Shown here in pieces: positions 13,475 through 27,392 of a DNA stretch of 64,000 nucleotides. The position numbers were made by a program, and so were the translations under genes. Every line of letters begins with the position of its first letter. Position 1 is the first letter of the stretch. The notes beneath the pieces are model-generated. The model did not search any database. It was given only the letters and a program-made list of their open reading frames with translations, and had not been told where the DNA came from. Source of the DNA: Eledone cirrhosa (lineage: Eukaryota); the NCBI GenBank assembly GCA_964016885.1, contig OZ024744.1, positions 101,742,001 through 101,806,000 on the forward strand, in the 5' to 3' direction.

Positions 13475-16217
13475 TTTTGCTTATTTGTGGCTTTGTTTAA
13501 TGTTGGTTTCTTTATTGTTGGCTTTGTTTATTGTTGGTTTGTTTATTATTGGCTTTAATTATTGTTGGTTTGTCTATTGTTGGCTTTGTTTATTGTTGCT
13601 TTCTTTATTGTTGGTTTGTTTATTGTTGGCTTTGTTTATTGCTCGTTTGTTTATTGTTGGTTTGTTTATTGTTGGCTTTGTTTATTGTTGGTTTGTTTAT
13701 TGTTGGCTTTGTTTATTGTTGGTTTGTTTATTATTTGCTTTGTTTATTGTTGGTTTGTTTATTGTTGGCTTTGTTTATTTTTGGTTTGCTTATTACTGGC
13801 TTTGTTTATTGTTGGTTTGTTTATCGTTGGCTTTGTTTATTGTTGGTTTGTTTATTGTTGGCTTTGTTTATTGTTGGGTTTTTTATTGCAGGCTTTGTTT
13901 AATGTTGGTTTGTTTTATTGTTGGCTTTGTTTATTTTTGGTTCCTTTATTGTTGGCTTTGTTTATTGTTGGTTTGTTTATTGTTGGCTTTGTTTATTGTT
14001 GGTTTGTTTATTGTTGGCTTTTTTATTGTTGGTTTGTTTATTGTTGGCTTTGTTTATTGTTGGTTTGTTTATTGTTGGCTTCGTTTATTGCTGGTTTGTT
14101 TATTGGTGGCTTTGTTTATTGTTGGTTTGTTTATTGTTGGCTTTGTTTATTGTTGGTTTGTTTATTATTGGCCTTGTTTATTGTTGGTTTGTTTATTGTT
14201 GGCTTTGTTTATTTTTGGTTTGTTTATTACTGGCTTTGTTTATTGTTGGTTTGTTTATTGTCGGCTTTGTTTATTGTTGGTTTGTTTATTGTTGGCTTTG
14301 TTTATTGTTGGTTTGTTTGTTGTTGGGTTTTTTATTGCAGGCTTTGTTTAATGTTGGTTTGTTTTATTGTTGGCTTTGTTTATTTTTGGTTCCTTTACTG
14401 TTGGCTTTGTTTATTGTTGGCTTTGTTTATTGTTGGTTTGTTTATTGGTGGATTTGTTTATTGTTGGTTTGTTTATTGTTGGCTTTATTTATTGTTGGCT
14501 TTGTTTATTGTTGGTTTGTTTATTGTTGGCTTTGTTTATTGTTGGTTTACTTATTGGTGGCTTTGTTTATTGTTGGTTTGTTTATTGTTCGCTTTCTTTA
14601 TTGTTGGTTTGTTTATTATTGGCTTTGTTTATTGTTGGTTTGATTATTGTTGGCTTTGTTTATTGTTGGTTTGTTTATTATTGGCTTTGTTTATTGTTGT
14701 TTTGCTTATTTGTGGCTTTGTTTATTGTTGGTTTGTTTATTGTTAGCTTTGTTTATTGTTGGTTTGTTTATTATTGGCTTTAATTATTGTTGGTTTGTCT
14801 ATTGTTGGCTTTGTTTATTGTTGGTTTCTTTATTGTTGGCTTTGTTTATTGTTGGTTTGTTTATTGTTGGCTTTGTTTATTGTGGGTTTGTTTATTGTTG
14901 GCTTTTTTATTGTTGGTTTGTTATTGTTGGCTTTGTTTATTGTTCGTTTGTTTATTGTTGGTTTGTTTATTGTTGGCTTTGTTTATTGTTGGTTTGTTTA
15001 TTGTTGGCTTTGTTTATTGTTGGTTTGTTTATTGTTGGCTTTGTTTATTGTTGGTTTGTTTATTGTTGGTTTGTTTATTGTTGGCTTTGTTTATTGTTGG
15101 TTTGTTTATTGTTCGCTTTCTTTATTGTTGGTTTGTTTATTATTGGCTTTGTTTATTGTTGGTTTGATTATTGTTGGCTTTGTTTATTGTTGGTTTGTTC
15201 ATTGTTGGCTTTGTTTATTGCTGGTTTCTTTATTGGTGGCTTTGTTTATTGTTGGTTTGTTTATTGTTGGCTTTGTTTATTGTTGGCTTTGTTTATTGTT
15301 GGCTTTGTTTATTGTTGGTTTGTTTATTATTGGCTTTGTTTATTGTTGTTTTGCTTATTTGTGGCTTTGTTTATTGTTGGTTTGTTTATTGTTAGCTTTG
15401 TTTATTGTTGGTTTGTTTATTATTGGCTTTAATTATTGTTGGTTTGTCTATTGTTGGCTTTGTTTATTGTTGGTTTCTTTATTGTTGGCTTTGTTTATTG
15501 TTGGTTTGTTTATTGTTGGCTTTGTTTATTGTGGGTTCGTTTATTGTTGGCTTTTTTTATTGTTGGTTTGTTATTGTTGGCTTTGTTTATTGTTCGTTTG
15601 TTTATTGTTGGTTTGTTTATTGTTGGCTTTGTTTATTGTTGGTTTGTTTATTGTTGGCTTTGTTTATTGTTGGTTTGTTTATTGTTGGCTTAGTTTATTG
15701 TTGGTTTGTTTATTGTTGGCTTTGTTTATTATGGGTTTGTTTATTGTTGGCTTTGTTTATTGTTGGTTTGTTTATTGTTGGCTTTGTTTATTGATGGTTT
15801 GTTTATTGTTGGCTTTGTTTATTTTTGGTTCCTTTATTGTTGGCTTTGTTTATTGTTGGTTTGTTTATTGTTGGCTTTGTTTATTGTTGGTTTGTTTATT
15901 GTTGGCTTTGTTTATTGTTGGTTACTTTATTGTTAGCTTTGTTTATTGATGGTTTGTTTATTGTTGGCTTTGTTTATTGTTGGTTTGTTTATTGGTGGCT
16001 TTGTTTATTGTTGGGTTTTTTATTGCAGGCTTTGTTTAATGTTAGTTTGTTTTATTGTTGGCTTTGTTTATTTTTGGTTCCTTTATTGTTGGCTTTGTTT
16101 ATTGTTGGTTTGTTTATTGTTGGCTTTGTTTATTGTTGGTTTGCTTATTGTTGGCTTTTTTTATTGTTGGTTTGTTTATTGTTGGCTTTGTTTATTGTTG
16201 GTTTGTTTATTGGTGGA

Positions 16218-19200
16218 TTTGTTTATTGTTGGTTTGCTTATTGGTGGCTTTGTTTATTGTTGGTTTGTTTATTGTTGGCTTTGTTAATTGTTGGTTTATT
16301 TATTATTGGCTTTAATTATTGTAGGTTTGTTTATTGTTGGTTTGTTTATTGTTGGTTTGCTTATTGTTGCTTAGTTTATTGTTGGTTTGTTTATTGTTGG
16401 TTTGTTTATTGTTGGTTTGTTTATTGTTGGTTTGTTTATTGTAGGCTTTGTTTAATGTTCGTTCGTTTATTGTTGGTTTCTTTATTGTTGGTTTGTTTTT
16501 TGTTAGTTTGTTTATTGTTGTCTTTGTTTATTTTTGGTTTGTTTATTGTCGGCTTTGTTTATTGTTGGTTTGTTTATTGTTGGCTTTGTTTATTTTTGGT
16601 TTGTTTATTACTGGCTTTGTTTATTGTTGGTTTGTTTATTGTCGGCTTTGTTTATTGTTGGTTTGTTTATTGTTGGCTTTGTTTATTGTTGGTTTGTTTA
16701 TTGTTGGCTTTGTTTATTTTTGGTTCCTTTATTGTTGGCTTTGTTTATTGTTGGTTTGTTTATTGTTGGCTTTGTTTATTGTTGGTTTGTTTATTGTTGG
16801 CTTTTTTTATTGTTGGTTTGTTTATTGTTGGCTTTGTTTATTGTTGGTTTGTTTATTGTTGGCTTTGTTTATTGTTGGTTTGTTTATTGGTGGCTTTGTT
16901 TATTGTTGGTTTGTTTATTGTTGGCTTTGTTTATTGTTGGCTTAGTTTATTGTTGGTTTGTTTATTATTGGCTTTAATTATTGTTGGTTTGTCTATTGTT
17001 GGCTTTGTTTATTGTTGGTTTGTTTATTGTTGGTTTTGTTTATGGTTGCTTTCTTTATTGTTGGTTTGTTTATTGTTGGCTTTGTTAATTGCTCGTTTGT
17101 TTATTGTTGGTTTGTTTATTGTTGGTTTGTTTATTGTTGGTTTGTTTATTGTTGGCTTTGTTTATTGTTGGTTTGTTTATTATTTACTTTGTTTATTGTT
17201 GGTTTGTTTATTGTTGGCTTTGTTTATTTTTGGTTTGTTTATTACTTGCTTTGTTTATTGTTGGTTTATTTATTGTTGGCTTTGTTTATTGTTGGTTTGT
17301 TTATTGTTGGCTTTATTTATTGTTGGGTTTTTTATTGCAGGCTTTATTTAATGTTGGTTTGTTTTACTGTTGGCTTTGTTTATTTTTGGTTCCTTTATTG
17401 TTGGCTTTGTTTATTGTTGGTTTGTTTATTGTTGGCTTTGTTTATTGTTGGTTTGTTTATTGTTGGCTTTTTTTATTGTTGGTTTGTTTATTGTTGGCTT
17501 TGTTTATTGTTGGTTTGTTTATTGGTGGATTTGTTTATTGTTGGTTTGCTTATTGGTGGCTTTGTTTATTGTTGGTTTGTTTATTGTTGGCTTTGTTAAT
17601 TGTTGGTTTATTCATTATTGGCTTTAATTATTGTAGGTTTGTTTATTGTTGGTTTGTTTATTGTTGGTTTGTTTATTGTTGCTTTGTTTATTGTTGGTTT
17701 GTTTATTGTTGGTTTGTTTATTGTTGGTTTGTTTATTGTTGGTTTGTTTATTGTAGGCTTTGTTTAATGTTCGTTCGTTTATTGTTGGTTTCTTTATTGT
17801 TGGTTTGTTATTTGTTAGTTTGTTTATTGTTGTCTTTGTTTATTTTTGGTTTGTTTATTGTTGGCTTTGTTTATTGTTGGTTTGTTTATTGTTGGCTTTG
17901 TTTATTGTTGGTTTGTTTATTATTTGCTTTGTTTATTGTTGGTTTGTTTATTGTTGGCTTTGTATATTTTTGGTTTGTGTATTACTGGCTTTGTTTATTG
18001 TTGGTTTGTTTATTGTCGGCTTTGTTTATTGTTGGTTTGTTTATTGTTGGTTTGTTTATTGTTGGTTTGTTTATTATTGGCTTTGTTTATTGTTGTTTTG
18101 CTTATTTGTGGCTTTGTTTATTGTTGGTTTGTTTATTGTTAGCTTTGTTTATTGTTGGTTTGTTTATTATTGGCTTTAATTATTGTTGGTTTGTCTATTG
18201 TTGGCTTTGTTTATTGTTGGTTTGTTTATTGTTGGTTTGTTTTTTGTTAGTTTGTTTATTGTTGTCTTTGTTTATTTTTGGTTTGTTTATTGTCGGCTTT
18301 GTTTATTGTTGGTTTGTTTATTGTTGGCTTTCTTTATTGTTGGTTTGTTTATTATTGGCCTGGTTTATTGTTGGTTTATTTATTGTTGGTTTGTTTATTG
18401 TTGGCTTTGTTTATTGTTGGTTTGTTTATTGTTGGCTTTGTTTATTGTTGGTTTGTTTATTATTGGCTTTGTTTATGTTTGGTTTGTTTATTGTTGGCTT
18501 TGTATATTTTTGGTCTGTTTATATACTGGCTTTGTTTATTGTTGGTTTGTTTATTGTTGGCTTTGTTTATTGTTGGTTTGTTTATTGTTGGTTTGTTTAT
18601 TGTTTGCTTTGTTTATTGTTTGTTTGTTTATTGCTGGCTTTGTTTAATGATAGTTTGTTTATTGTTGGCTTTGTTTATTTTTTGTATTTATATTGTTGGC
18701 TTTGTTTACTGTTGGTTTGTTTATTGTTGGTTTATTTATTGTTGGCTTTGTTTATTGATGGTTTGTTTATTGTTGGCTTTGTTTATTGTTGGTTTGTTTA
18801 TTGGTGGCTTTGTTTATTGTTGGTTTGTTTATTGTTGGCTTTGTTTATTGTTGGCTTTGTTTATTGTTGGTTTGTTTATTATTGGCTTTGTTTATTGTTG
18901 GTTTGTCTATTGTTGGCTTTGTTTATTGTTGGTTTGTTTATTGTTGGTTTTGTTTATTGTTGCTTTCTTTATTGTTGGTTTGTTTATTGTTGGCTTTGTT
19001 TATTGCTCGTTTGTTTATTGTTGGTTTGTTTATTGTTGGCTTTGTTTATTGTTGGTTTGTTTATTATTTGCTTTGTTTATTGTTGGTTTGTTTATTGTTG
19101 GCTTTGTTTATTTTTGGTTTGTTTATTACTGGCTTTGTTTATTGTTGGTTTGTTTATTGTTGGCTTTGTTTATTGTTGGTTTGTTTATTGTTGGCTTTGT

Positions 19201-22200
19201 TTATTGTTGGGTTTTTTATTGCAGGCTTTGTTTAATGTTGGTTTGTTTTATTGTTGGCTTTGTTTATTTTTGGTTCCTTTATTGTTGGCATTGTTTATTG
19301 TTGGTTTGTTTATTGTTGGCTTTGTTTATTGTTGGTTTGTTTATTGTTGGCTTTTTTTATTGTTGGTTTGTTTATTGTTGGCTTTGTTTATTGTTGGTTT
19401 GTTTATTGGTGGATTTTTTTATTGTTGGTTTGCTTATTGGTGGCTTTGTTAATTGTTGGTTTATTTATTATTGGCTTTAATTATTGTTGGTTTGTTTATT
19501 GTTGGTTTGTTTATTGTTGGTTTGTTTATTGTTGCTTTGTTTATTGTTGGTTTGTTTATTGTTGGTTTGTTTATTGTTGGTTTGTTTATTGTTGGTTTGT
19601 TTATTGTAGGCTTTGTTTAATGTTGGTTCGTTTATTGTTGGCTTTGTTTATTGTTGGTTTCTTTATTGTTCGTTTGTTTTTTGTTAGTTTGTTTATTGTT
19701 GTCTTTGTTTATTTTTGGTTTGTTTATTGTCGGCTTTGTTTATTGTTGGTTTGTTTATTGTTGGCTTTCTTTATTGTTAGTTTGTTTATTATTGGCTTGG
19801 TTTATTGTTGGTTTATTTATTGTTGGTTTGTTTATTGTTGGCTTTGTTTATTGTTGGTTTGTTTATTGTTGGCTTTGTTTATTGTTGGTTTGTTTATTAT
19901 TGGCTTTCTTTATTTTTGGTTTGTTTATTGTTGGCTTTGTATATTTTTGGTTTGTTTATATACTGGCTTTGTTTATAGTTGGTTTGTTTATTGTTGGTTT
20001 GTTTATTGTTGGCTTTGTTTATTGTTGGTTTGTTTATTGCTGGCTTTGTTTAATTTTAATTTGTTTATTGTTGGCTTTGTTTATTTTTTATTTGTATATT
20101 GTTGGCTTTGTTTATTGTTGGTTTGTTTATTGTTGGCTTTGTTTATTGTTGGTTTGTTTATTGTTCGCTTTCTTTATTGTTGGTTTGTTTATTATTGGCT
20201 TTGTTTATTGTTGGTTTCTTTATTGTTGGCTTTGTTTATTGTTGGTTTGTTTATTGTTGGCTTTGTTTATTGTTGGTTTGTTTATTGTTGGCTTTGTTTA
20301 TTTTTGGTTCCTTTATTGTTGGCTTTGTTTATTGTTGGTTTGTTTATTGTTGGCTTTGTTTATTGTTGGTTTGTTTATTGTTGGCTTTGTTTATTGTTGG
20401 CTTTGTTTATTGTTGGTTTGTTTATTATTGGCTTTGTTTATTGTTGGTTTGTTTATTGTTGGCTTTGTTTATTTTTGGTTTGCTTATTACTGGCTTTGTT
20501 TATTGTTGGTTTGTTTATTGTTGGCTTTGTTTATTGTTGGTTTGTTTATTGTTGGCTTTGTTTATTGTTGGGTTTTTTATTGCAGGCTTTGTTTAATGTT
20601 GGTTTGTTTTATTGTTGGCTTTGTTTATTTTTGGTTCCTTTATTGTTGGCTTTGTTTATTGTTGGTTTGTTTATTGTTGGCTTTGTTTATTGTTCGTTTG
20701 TTTATTGTTGGCTTTTTTATTGTTGGTTTGTTTATTGTTGGCTTTGTTTATTGTTGGTTTGTTTATTGTTGGCTTCGTTTATTGCTGGTTTGTTTATTGG
20801 TGGCTTTGTTTATTGTTGGTTTGTTTATTGTTGGCTTTGTTTATTGTTGGCTTTGTTTATTGTTGGTTTGTTTATTATTGGCCTTGTTTATTGTTGGTTT
20901 GTTTATTGTTGGCTTTGTTTATTTTTGGTTTGTTTATTACTGGCTTTGTTTATTGTTGGTTTGTTTATTGTCGGCTTTGTTTATTGTTGGTTTGTTTATT
21001 GTTGGCTTTGTTTATTGTTGGTTTGTTTGTTGTTGGGTTTTTTATTGCAGGCTTTGTTTAATGTTGGTTTGTTTTATTGTTGGCTTTGTTTATTTTTGGT
21101 TCCTTTACTGTTGGCTTTGTTTATTGTTGGTTTGTTTATTGTTGGCTTTGTTTATTGTTGGTTTGTTTATTGGTGGATTTGTTTATTGTTGGTTTGTTTA
21201 TTGTTGGCTTTATTTATTGTTGGCTTTGTTTATTGTTGGTTTGTTTATTGTTGGCTTTGTTTATTGTTGGTTTACTTATTGGTGGCTTTGTTTATTGTTG
21301 GTTTGTTTATTGTTGGCTTTGTTAATTGTTGGTTTATTTATTATTGGCTTTAATTATTGTTGGTTTGTCTATTGTTGGCTTTGTTTATTGTTGGTTTGTT
21401 TATTGCTGGCTTTGTGTATTATTGGCTTTGTTTATTGTTGATTTGTTTATTGTTGCTTTGTTTATTGTTGGTTTGTTTATTGTAGGATTTGTTTAATGTT
21501 GGTTCGTTTATTGTTGGTTTCTTTATTGTTGGTTTGTTTTTTGTTAGTTTGTTTTTTGTTAGTTTGTTTATTGTTGTCTTTGTTTATTTTTGGTTTGTTT
21601 ATTGTTGGCTTTGTTTATTTTTGGTTTGTTTATTGTTGGTTTGTTTATTGTTGGCTTTGTTTATTGTTGGTTTGTTTATTGTTCGCTTTCTTTATTGTTG
21701 GTTTGTTTATTATTGGCTTTGTTTATTGTTGGTTTGTTTATTGTTGGCTTTGTTTATTGTTGGTTTGTTCATTGTTGGCTTTGTTTATTGCTGGTTTGTT
21801 TATTGGTGGCTTTGTTTATTGTTGGTTTGCTTATTGGTGGCTTTGTTTATTGTTGGTTTGTTTATTGTTGGCTTTGTTAATTGTTGGTTTATTTATTATT
21901 GGCTTTAATTATTGTAGGTTTGTTTATTGTTGGTTTGTTTATTGTTGGTTTGCTTATTGTTGCTTAGTTTATTGTTGGTTTGTTTATTGTTGGTTTGTTT
22001 ATTGTTGGTTTGTTTATTGTTGGTTTGTTTATTGTAGGCTTTGTTTAATGTTCGTTCGTTTATTGTTGGTTTCTTTATTGTTGGTTTGTTTTTTGTTAGT
22101 TTGTTTATTGTTGTCTTTGTTTATTTTTGGTTTGTTTATTGTCGGCTTTGTTTATTGTTGGTTTGTTTATTGTTGGCTTTGTTTATTTTTGGTTTGTTTA

Positions 22201-25200
22201 TTACTGGCTTTGTTTATTGTTGGTTTCTTTATTGTCGGCTTTGTTTATTGTTGGTTTGTTTATTGTTGGCTTTGTTTATTGTTGGTTTGTTTATTGTTGG
22301 CTTTGTTTATTTTTGGTTCCTTTATTGTTGGCTTTGTTTATTGTTGGTTTGTTTATTGTTGGCTTTGTTTATTGTTGGTTTGTTTATTGTTGGCTTTTTT
22401 TATTGTTGGTTTGTTTATTGTTGGCTTTGTTTATTGTTGGTTTGTTTATTGTTGGCTTTGTTTATTGTTGGTTTGTTTATTGGTGGCTTTGTTTATTGTT
22501 GGTTTGTTTATTGTTGGCTTTGTTTATTGTTGGCTTAGTTTATTGTTGGTTTGTTTATTATTGGCTTTAATTATTGTTGGTTTGTCTATTGTTGGCTTTG
22601 TTTATTGTTGGTTTGTTTATTGTTGGTTTTGTTTATGGTTGCTTTCTTTATTGTTGGTTTGTTTATTGTTGGCTTTGTTAATTGCTCGTTTGTTTATTGT
22701 TGGTTTGTTTATTGTTGGCTTTGTTTATTGTTGGTTTGTTTATTGTTGGCTTTGTTTATTGTTGGTTTGTTTATTATTTGCTTTGTTTATTGTTGGTTTG
22801 TTTATTGTTGGCTTTGTTTATTTTTGGTTTGTTTATTACTTGCTTTGTTTATTGTTGGTTTGTTTATTGTTGGCTTTGTTTATTGTTGGTTTGTTTATTG
22901 TTGGCTTTATTTATTGTTGGGTTTTTTATTGCAGGCTTTATTTAATGTTGGTTTGTTTTACTGTTGGCTTTGTTTATTTTTGGTTCCTTTATTGTTGGCT
23001 TTGTTTATTGTTGGTTTGTTTATTGTTGGCTTTGTTTATTGTTGGTTTGTTTATTGTTGGCTTTTTTTATTGTTGGTTTGTTTATTGTTGGCTTTGTTTA
23101 TTGTTGGTTTGTTTATTGGTGGATTTGTTTATTGTTGGTTTGCTTATTGGTGGCTTTGTTTATTGTTGGTTTGTTTATTGTTGGCTTTGTTAATTGTTGG
23201 TTTATTTATTATTGGCTTTAATTATTGTAGGTTTGTTTATTGTTGGTTTGTTTATTGTTGGTTTGTTTATTGTTGCTTTGTTTTTTGTTGGTTTGTTTAT
23301 TGTTGGTTTGTTTATTGTTGGTTTGTTTATTGTTGGTTTGTTTATTGTAGGCTTTGTTTAATGTTCGTTCGTTTATTGTTGGTTTCTTTATTGTTGGTTT
23401 GTTATTTGTTAGTTTGTTTATTGTTGTCTTTGTTTATTTTTGGTTTGTTTATTGTTGGCTTTGTTTATTGTTGGTTTGTTTATTGTTGGCTTTGTTTATT
23501 GTTGGTTTGTTTATTATTTGCTTTGTTTATTGTTGGTTTGTTTATTGTTGGCTTTGTTTATTTTTGGTTTGTGTATTACTGGCTTTGTTTATTGTTGGTT
23601 TGTTTATTGTCGGCTTTGTTTATTGTTGGTTTGTTTATTGTTGGTTTGTTTATTGTTGGTTTGTTTATTATTGGCTTTGTTTATTGTTGTTTTGCTTATT
23701 TGTGGCTTTGTTTATTGTTGGTTTGTTTATTGTTAGCTTTGTTTATTGTTGGTTTGTTTATTATTGGCTTTAATTATTGTTGGTTTGTCTATTGTTGGCT
23801 TTGTTTATTGTTGGTTTGTTTATTGTTGGTTTGTTTTTTGTTAGTTTGTTTATTGTTGTCTTTGTTTATTTTTGGTTTGTTTATTGTCGGCTTTGTTTAT
23901 TGTTGGTTTGTTTATTGTTGGCTTTCTTTATTGTTGGTTTGTTTATTATTGGCCTGGTTTATTGTTGGTTTATTTATTGTTGGTTTGTTTATTGTTGGCT
24001 TTGTTTATTGTTGGTTTGTTTATTGTTGGCTTTGTTTATTGTTGGTTTGTTTATTATTGGCTTTGTTTATGTTTGGTTTGTTTATTGTTGGCTTTGTATA
24101 TTTTTGGTCTGTTTATATACTGGCTTTGTTTATTGTTGGTTTGTTTATTGTTGGCTTTGTTTATTGTTGGTTTGTTTATTGTTGGTTTGTTTATTGTTTG
24201 CTTTGTTTATTGTTTGTTTGTTTATTGCTGGCTTTGTTTAATGATAGTTTGTTTATTGTTGGCTTTGTTTATTTTTTGTATTTATATTGTTGGCTTTGTT
24301 TACTGTTGGTTTGTTTATTGTTGGTTTATTTATTGTTGGCTTTGTTTATTGATGGTTTGTTTATTGTTGGCTTTGTTTATTGTTGGTTTGTTTATTGGTG
24401 GCTTTGTTTATTGTTGGTTTGTTTATTGTTGGCTTTGTTTATTGTTGGCTTTGTTTATTGTTGGTTTGTTTATTATTGGCTTTGTTTATTGTTGGTTTGT
24501 CTATTGTTGGCTTTGTTTATTGTTGGTTTGTTTATTGTTGGTTTTGTTTATTGTTGCTTTCTTTATTGTTGGTTTGTTTATTGTTGGCTTTGTTTATTGC
24601 TCGTTTGTTTATTGTTGGTTTGTTTATTGTTGGCTTTGTTTATTGTTGGTTTGTTTATTATTTGCTTTGTTTATTGTTGGTTTGTTTATTGTTGGCTTTG
24701 TTTATTTTTGGTTTGTTTATTACTGGCTTTGTTTATTGTTGGTTTGTTTATTGTTGGCTTTGTTTATTGTTGGTTTGTTTATTGTTGGCTTTGTTTATTG
24801 TTGGGTTTTTTATTGCAGGCTTTGTTTAATGTTGGTTTGTTTTATTGTTGGCTTTGTTTATTTTTGGTTCCTTTATTGTTGGCATTGTTTATTGTTGGTT
24901 TGTTTATTGTTGGCTTTGTTTATTGTTGGTTTGTTTATTGTTGGCTTTTTTTATTGTTGGTTTGTTTATTGTTGGCTTTGTTTATTGTTGGTTTGTTTAT
25001 TGGTGGATTTTTTTATTGTTGGTTTGCTTATTGGTGGCTTTGTTAATTGTTGGTTTATTTATTATTGGCTTTAATTATTGTTGGTTTGTTTATTGTTGGT
25101 TTGTTTATTGTTGGTTTGTTTATTGTTGCTTTGTTTATTGTTGGTTTGTTTATTGTTGGTTTGTTTATTGTTGGTTTGTTTATTGTTGGTTCGTTTATTG

Positions 25201-27392
25201 TTGGCTTTGTTTATTGTTGGTTTCTTTATTGTTCGTTTGTTTTTTGTTAGTTTGTTTATTGTTGTCTTTGTTTATTTTTGGTTTGTTTATTGTCGGCTTT
25301 GTTTATTGTTGGTTTGTTTATTGTTGGCTTTCTTTATTGTTAGTTTGTTTATTATTGGCTTGGTTTATTGTTGGTTTATTTATTGTTGGTTTGTTTATTG
25401 TTGGCTTTGTTTATTGTTGGTTTGTTTATTGTTGGCTTTGTTTATTGTTGGTTTGTTTATTATTGGCTTTCTTTATTTTTGGTTTGTTTATTGTTGGCTT
25501 TGTATATTTTTGGTTTGTTTATATACTGGCTTTGTTTATAGTTGGTTTGTTTATTGTTGGTTTGTTTATTGTTGGCTTTGTTTATTGTTGGTTTGTTTAT
25601 TGCTGGCTTTGTTTAATTTTAATTTGTTTATTGTTGGCTTTGTTTATTTTTTATTTGTATATTGTTGGCTTTGTTTATTGTTGGTTTGTTTATTGTTGGC
25701 TTTGTTTATTGTTGGTTTGTTTATTGTTCGCTTTCTTTATTGTTGGTTTGTTTATTATTGGCTTTGTTTATTGTTGGTTTCTTTATTGTTGGCTTTGTTT
25801 ATTGTTGGTTTGTTTATTGTTGGCTTTGTTTATTGTTGGTTTGTTTATTGTTGGCTTTGTTTATTTTTGGTTCCTTTATTGTTGGCTTTGTTTATTGTTG
25901 GTTTGTTTATTGTTGGCTTTGTTTATTGTTGGTTTGTTTATTGTTGGCTTTGTTTATTGTTGGCTTTGTTTATTGTTGGTTTGTTTATTATTGGCTTTGT
26001 TTATTGTTGGTTTGTTTATTGTTGGCTTTGTTTATTTTTGGTTTGCTTATTACTGGCTTTGTTTATTGTTGGTTTGTTTATTGTTGGCTTTGTTTATTGT
26101 TGGTTTGTTTATTGTTGGCTTTGTTTATTGTTGGGTTTTTTATTGCAGGCTTTGTTTAATGTTGGTTTGTTTTATTGTTGGCTTTGTTTATTTTTGGTTC
26201 CTTTATTGTTGGCTTTGTTTATTGTTGGTTTGTTTATTGTTGGCTTTGTTTATTGTTGGTTTGTTTATTGTTGGCTTTTTTATTGTTGGTTTGTTTATTG
26301 TTGGCTTTGTTTATTGTTGGTTTGTTTATTGTTGGCTTCGTTTATTGCTGGTTTGTTTATTGGTGGCTTTGTTTATTGTTGGTTTGTTTATTGTTGGCTT
26401 TGTTTATTGTTGGCTTTGTTTATTGTTGGTTTGTTTATTATTGGCCTTGTTTATTGTTGGTTTGTTTATTGTTGGCTTTGTTTATTTTTGGTTTGTTTAT
26501 TACTGGCTTTGTTTATTGTTGGTTTGTTTATTGTCGGCTTTGTTTATTGTTGGTTTGTTTATTGTTGGCTTTGTTTATTGTTGGTTTGTTTGTTGTTGGG
26601 TTTTTTATTGCAGGCTTTGTTTAATGTTGGTTTGTTTTATTGTTGGCTTTGTTTATTTTTGGTTCCTTTACTGTTGGCTTTGTTTATTGTTGGTTTGTTT
26701 ATTGTTGGCTTTGTTTATTGTTGGTTTGTTTATTGGTGGATTTGTTTATTGTTGGTTTGTTTATTGTTGGCTTTATTTATTGTTGGCTTTGTTTATTGTT
26801 GGTTTGTTTATTGTTGGCTTTGTTTATTGTTGGTTTACTTATTGGTGGCTTTGTTTATTGTTGGTTTGTTTATTGTTGGCTTTGTTAATTGTTGGTTTAT
26901 TTATTATTGGCTTTAATTATTGTTGGTTTGTCTATTGTTGGCTTTGTTTATTGTTGGTTTGTTTATTGCTGGCTTTGTGTATTATTGGCTTTGTTTATTG
27001 TTGATTTGTTTATTGTTGCTTTGTTTATTGTTGGTTTGTTTATTGTAGGATTTGTTTAATGTTGGTTCGTTTATTGTTGGTTTCTTTATTGTTGGTTTGT
27101 TTTTTGTTAGTTTGTTTTTTGTTAGTTTGTTTATTGTTGTCTTTGTTTATTTTTGGTTTGTTTATTGTTGGCTTTGTTTATTTTTGGTTTGTTTATTGTT
27201 GGTTTGTTTATTGTTGGCTTTGTTTATTGTTGGTTTGTTTATTGTTCGCTTTCTTTATTGTTGGTTTGTTTATTATTGGCTTTGTTTATTGTTGGTTTGT
27301 TTATTGTTGGCTTTGTTTATTGTTGGTTTGTTCATTGTTGGCTTTGTTTATTGCTGGTTTGTTTATTGGTGGCTTTGTTTATTGTTGGTTTG
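16218..27392 (+). repeat. Tandem block duplication, period 5,593/5,594 bp (5,563 after a 31-bp deletion); junction near 21,811-21,829
   Basis: Matching ORFs at constant offsets (16448/22041, 17760/23354, 18786/24380, 20099/25662, 21489/27052). Shared rare variant GGCATTG at 19287/24881. Confidence 0.9.
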
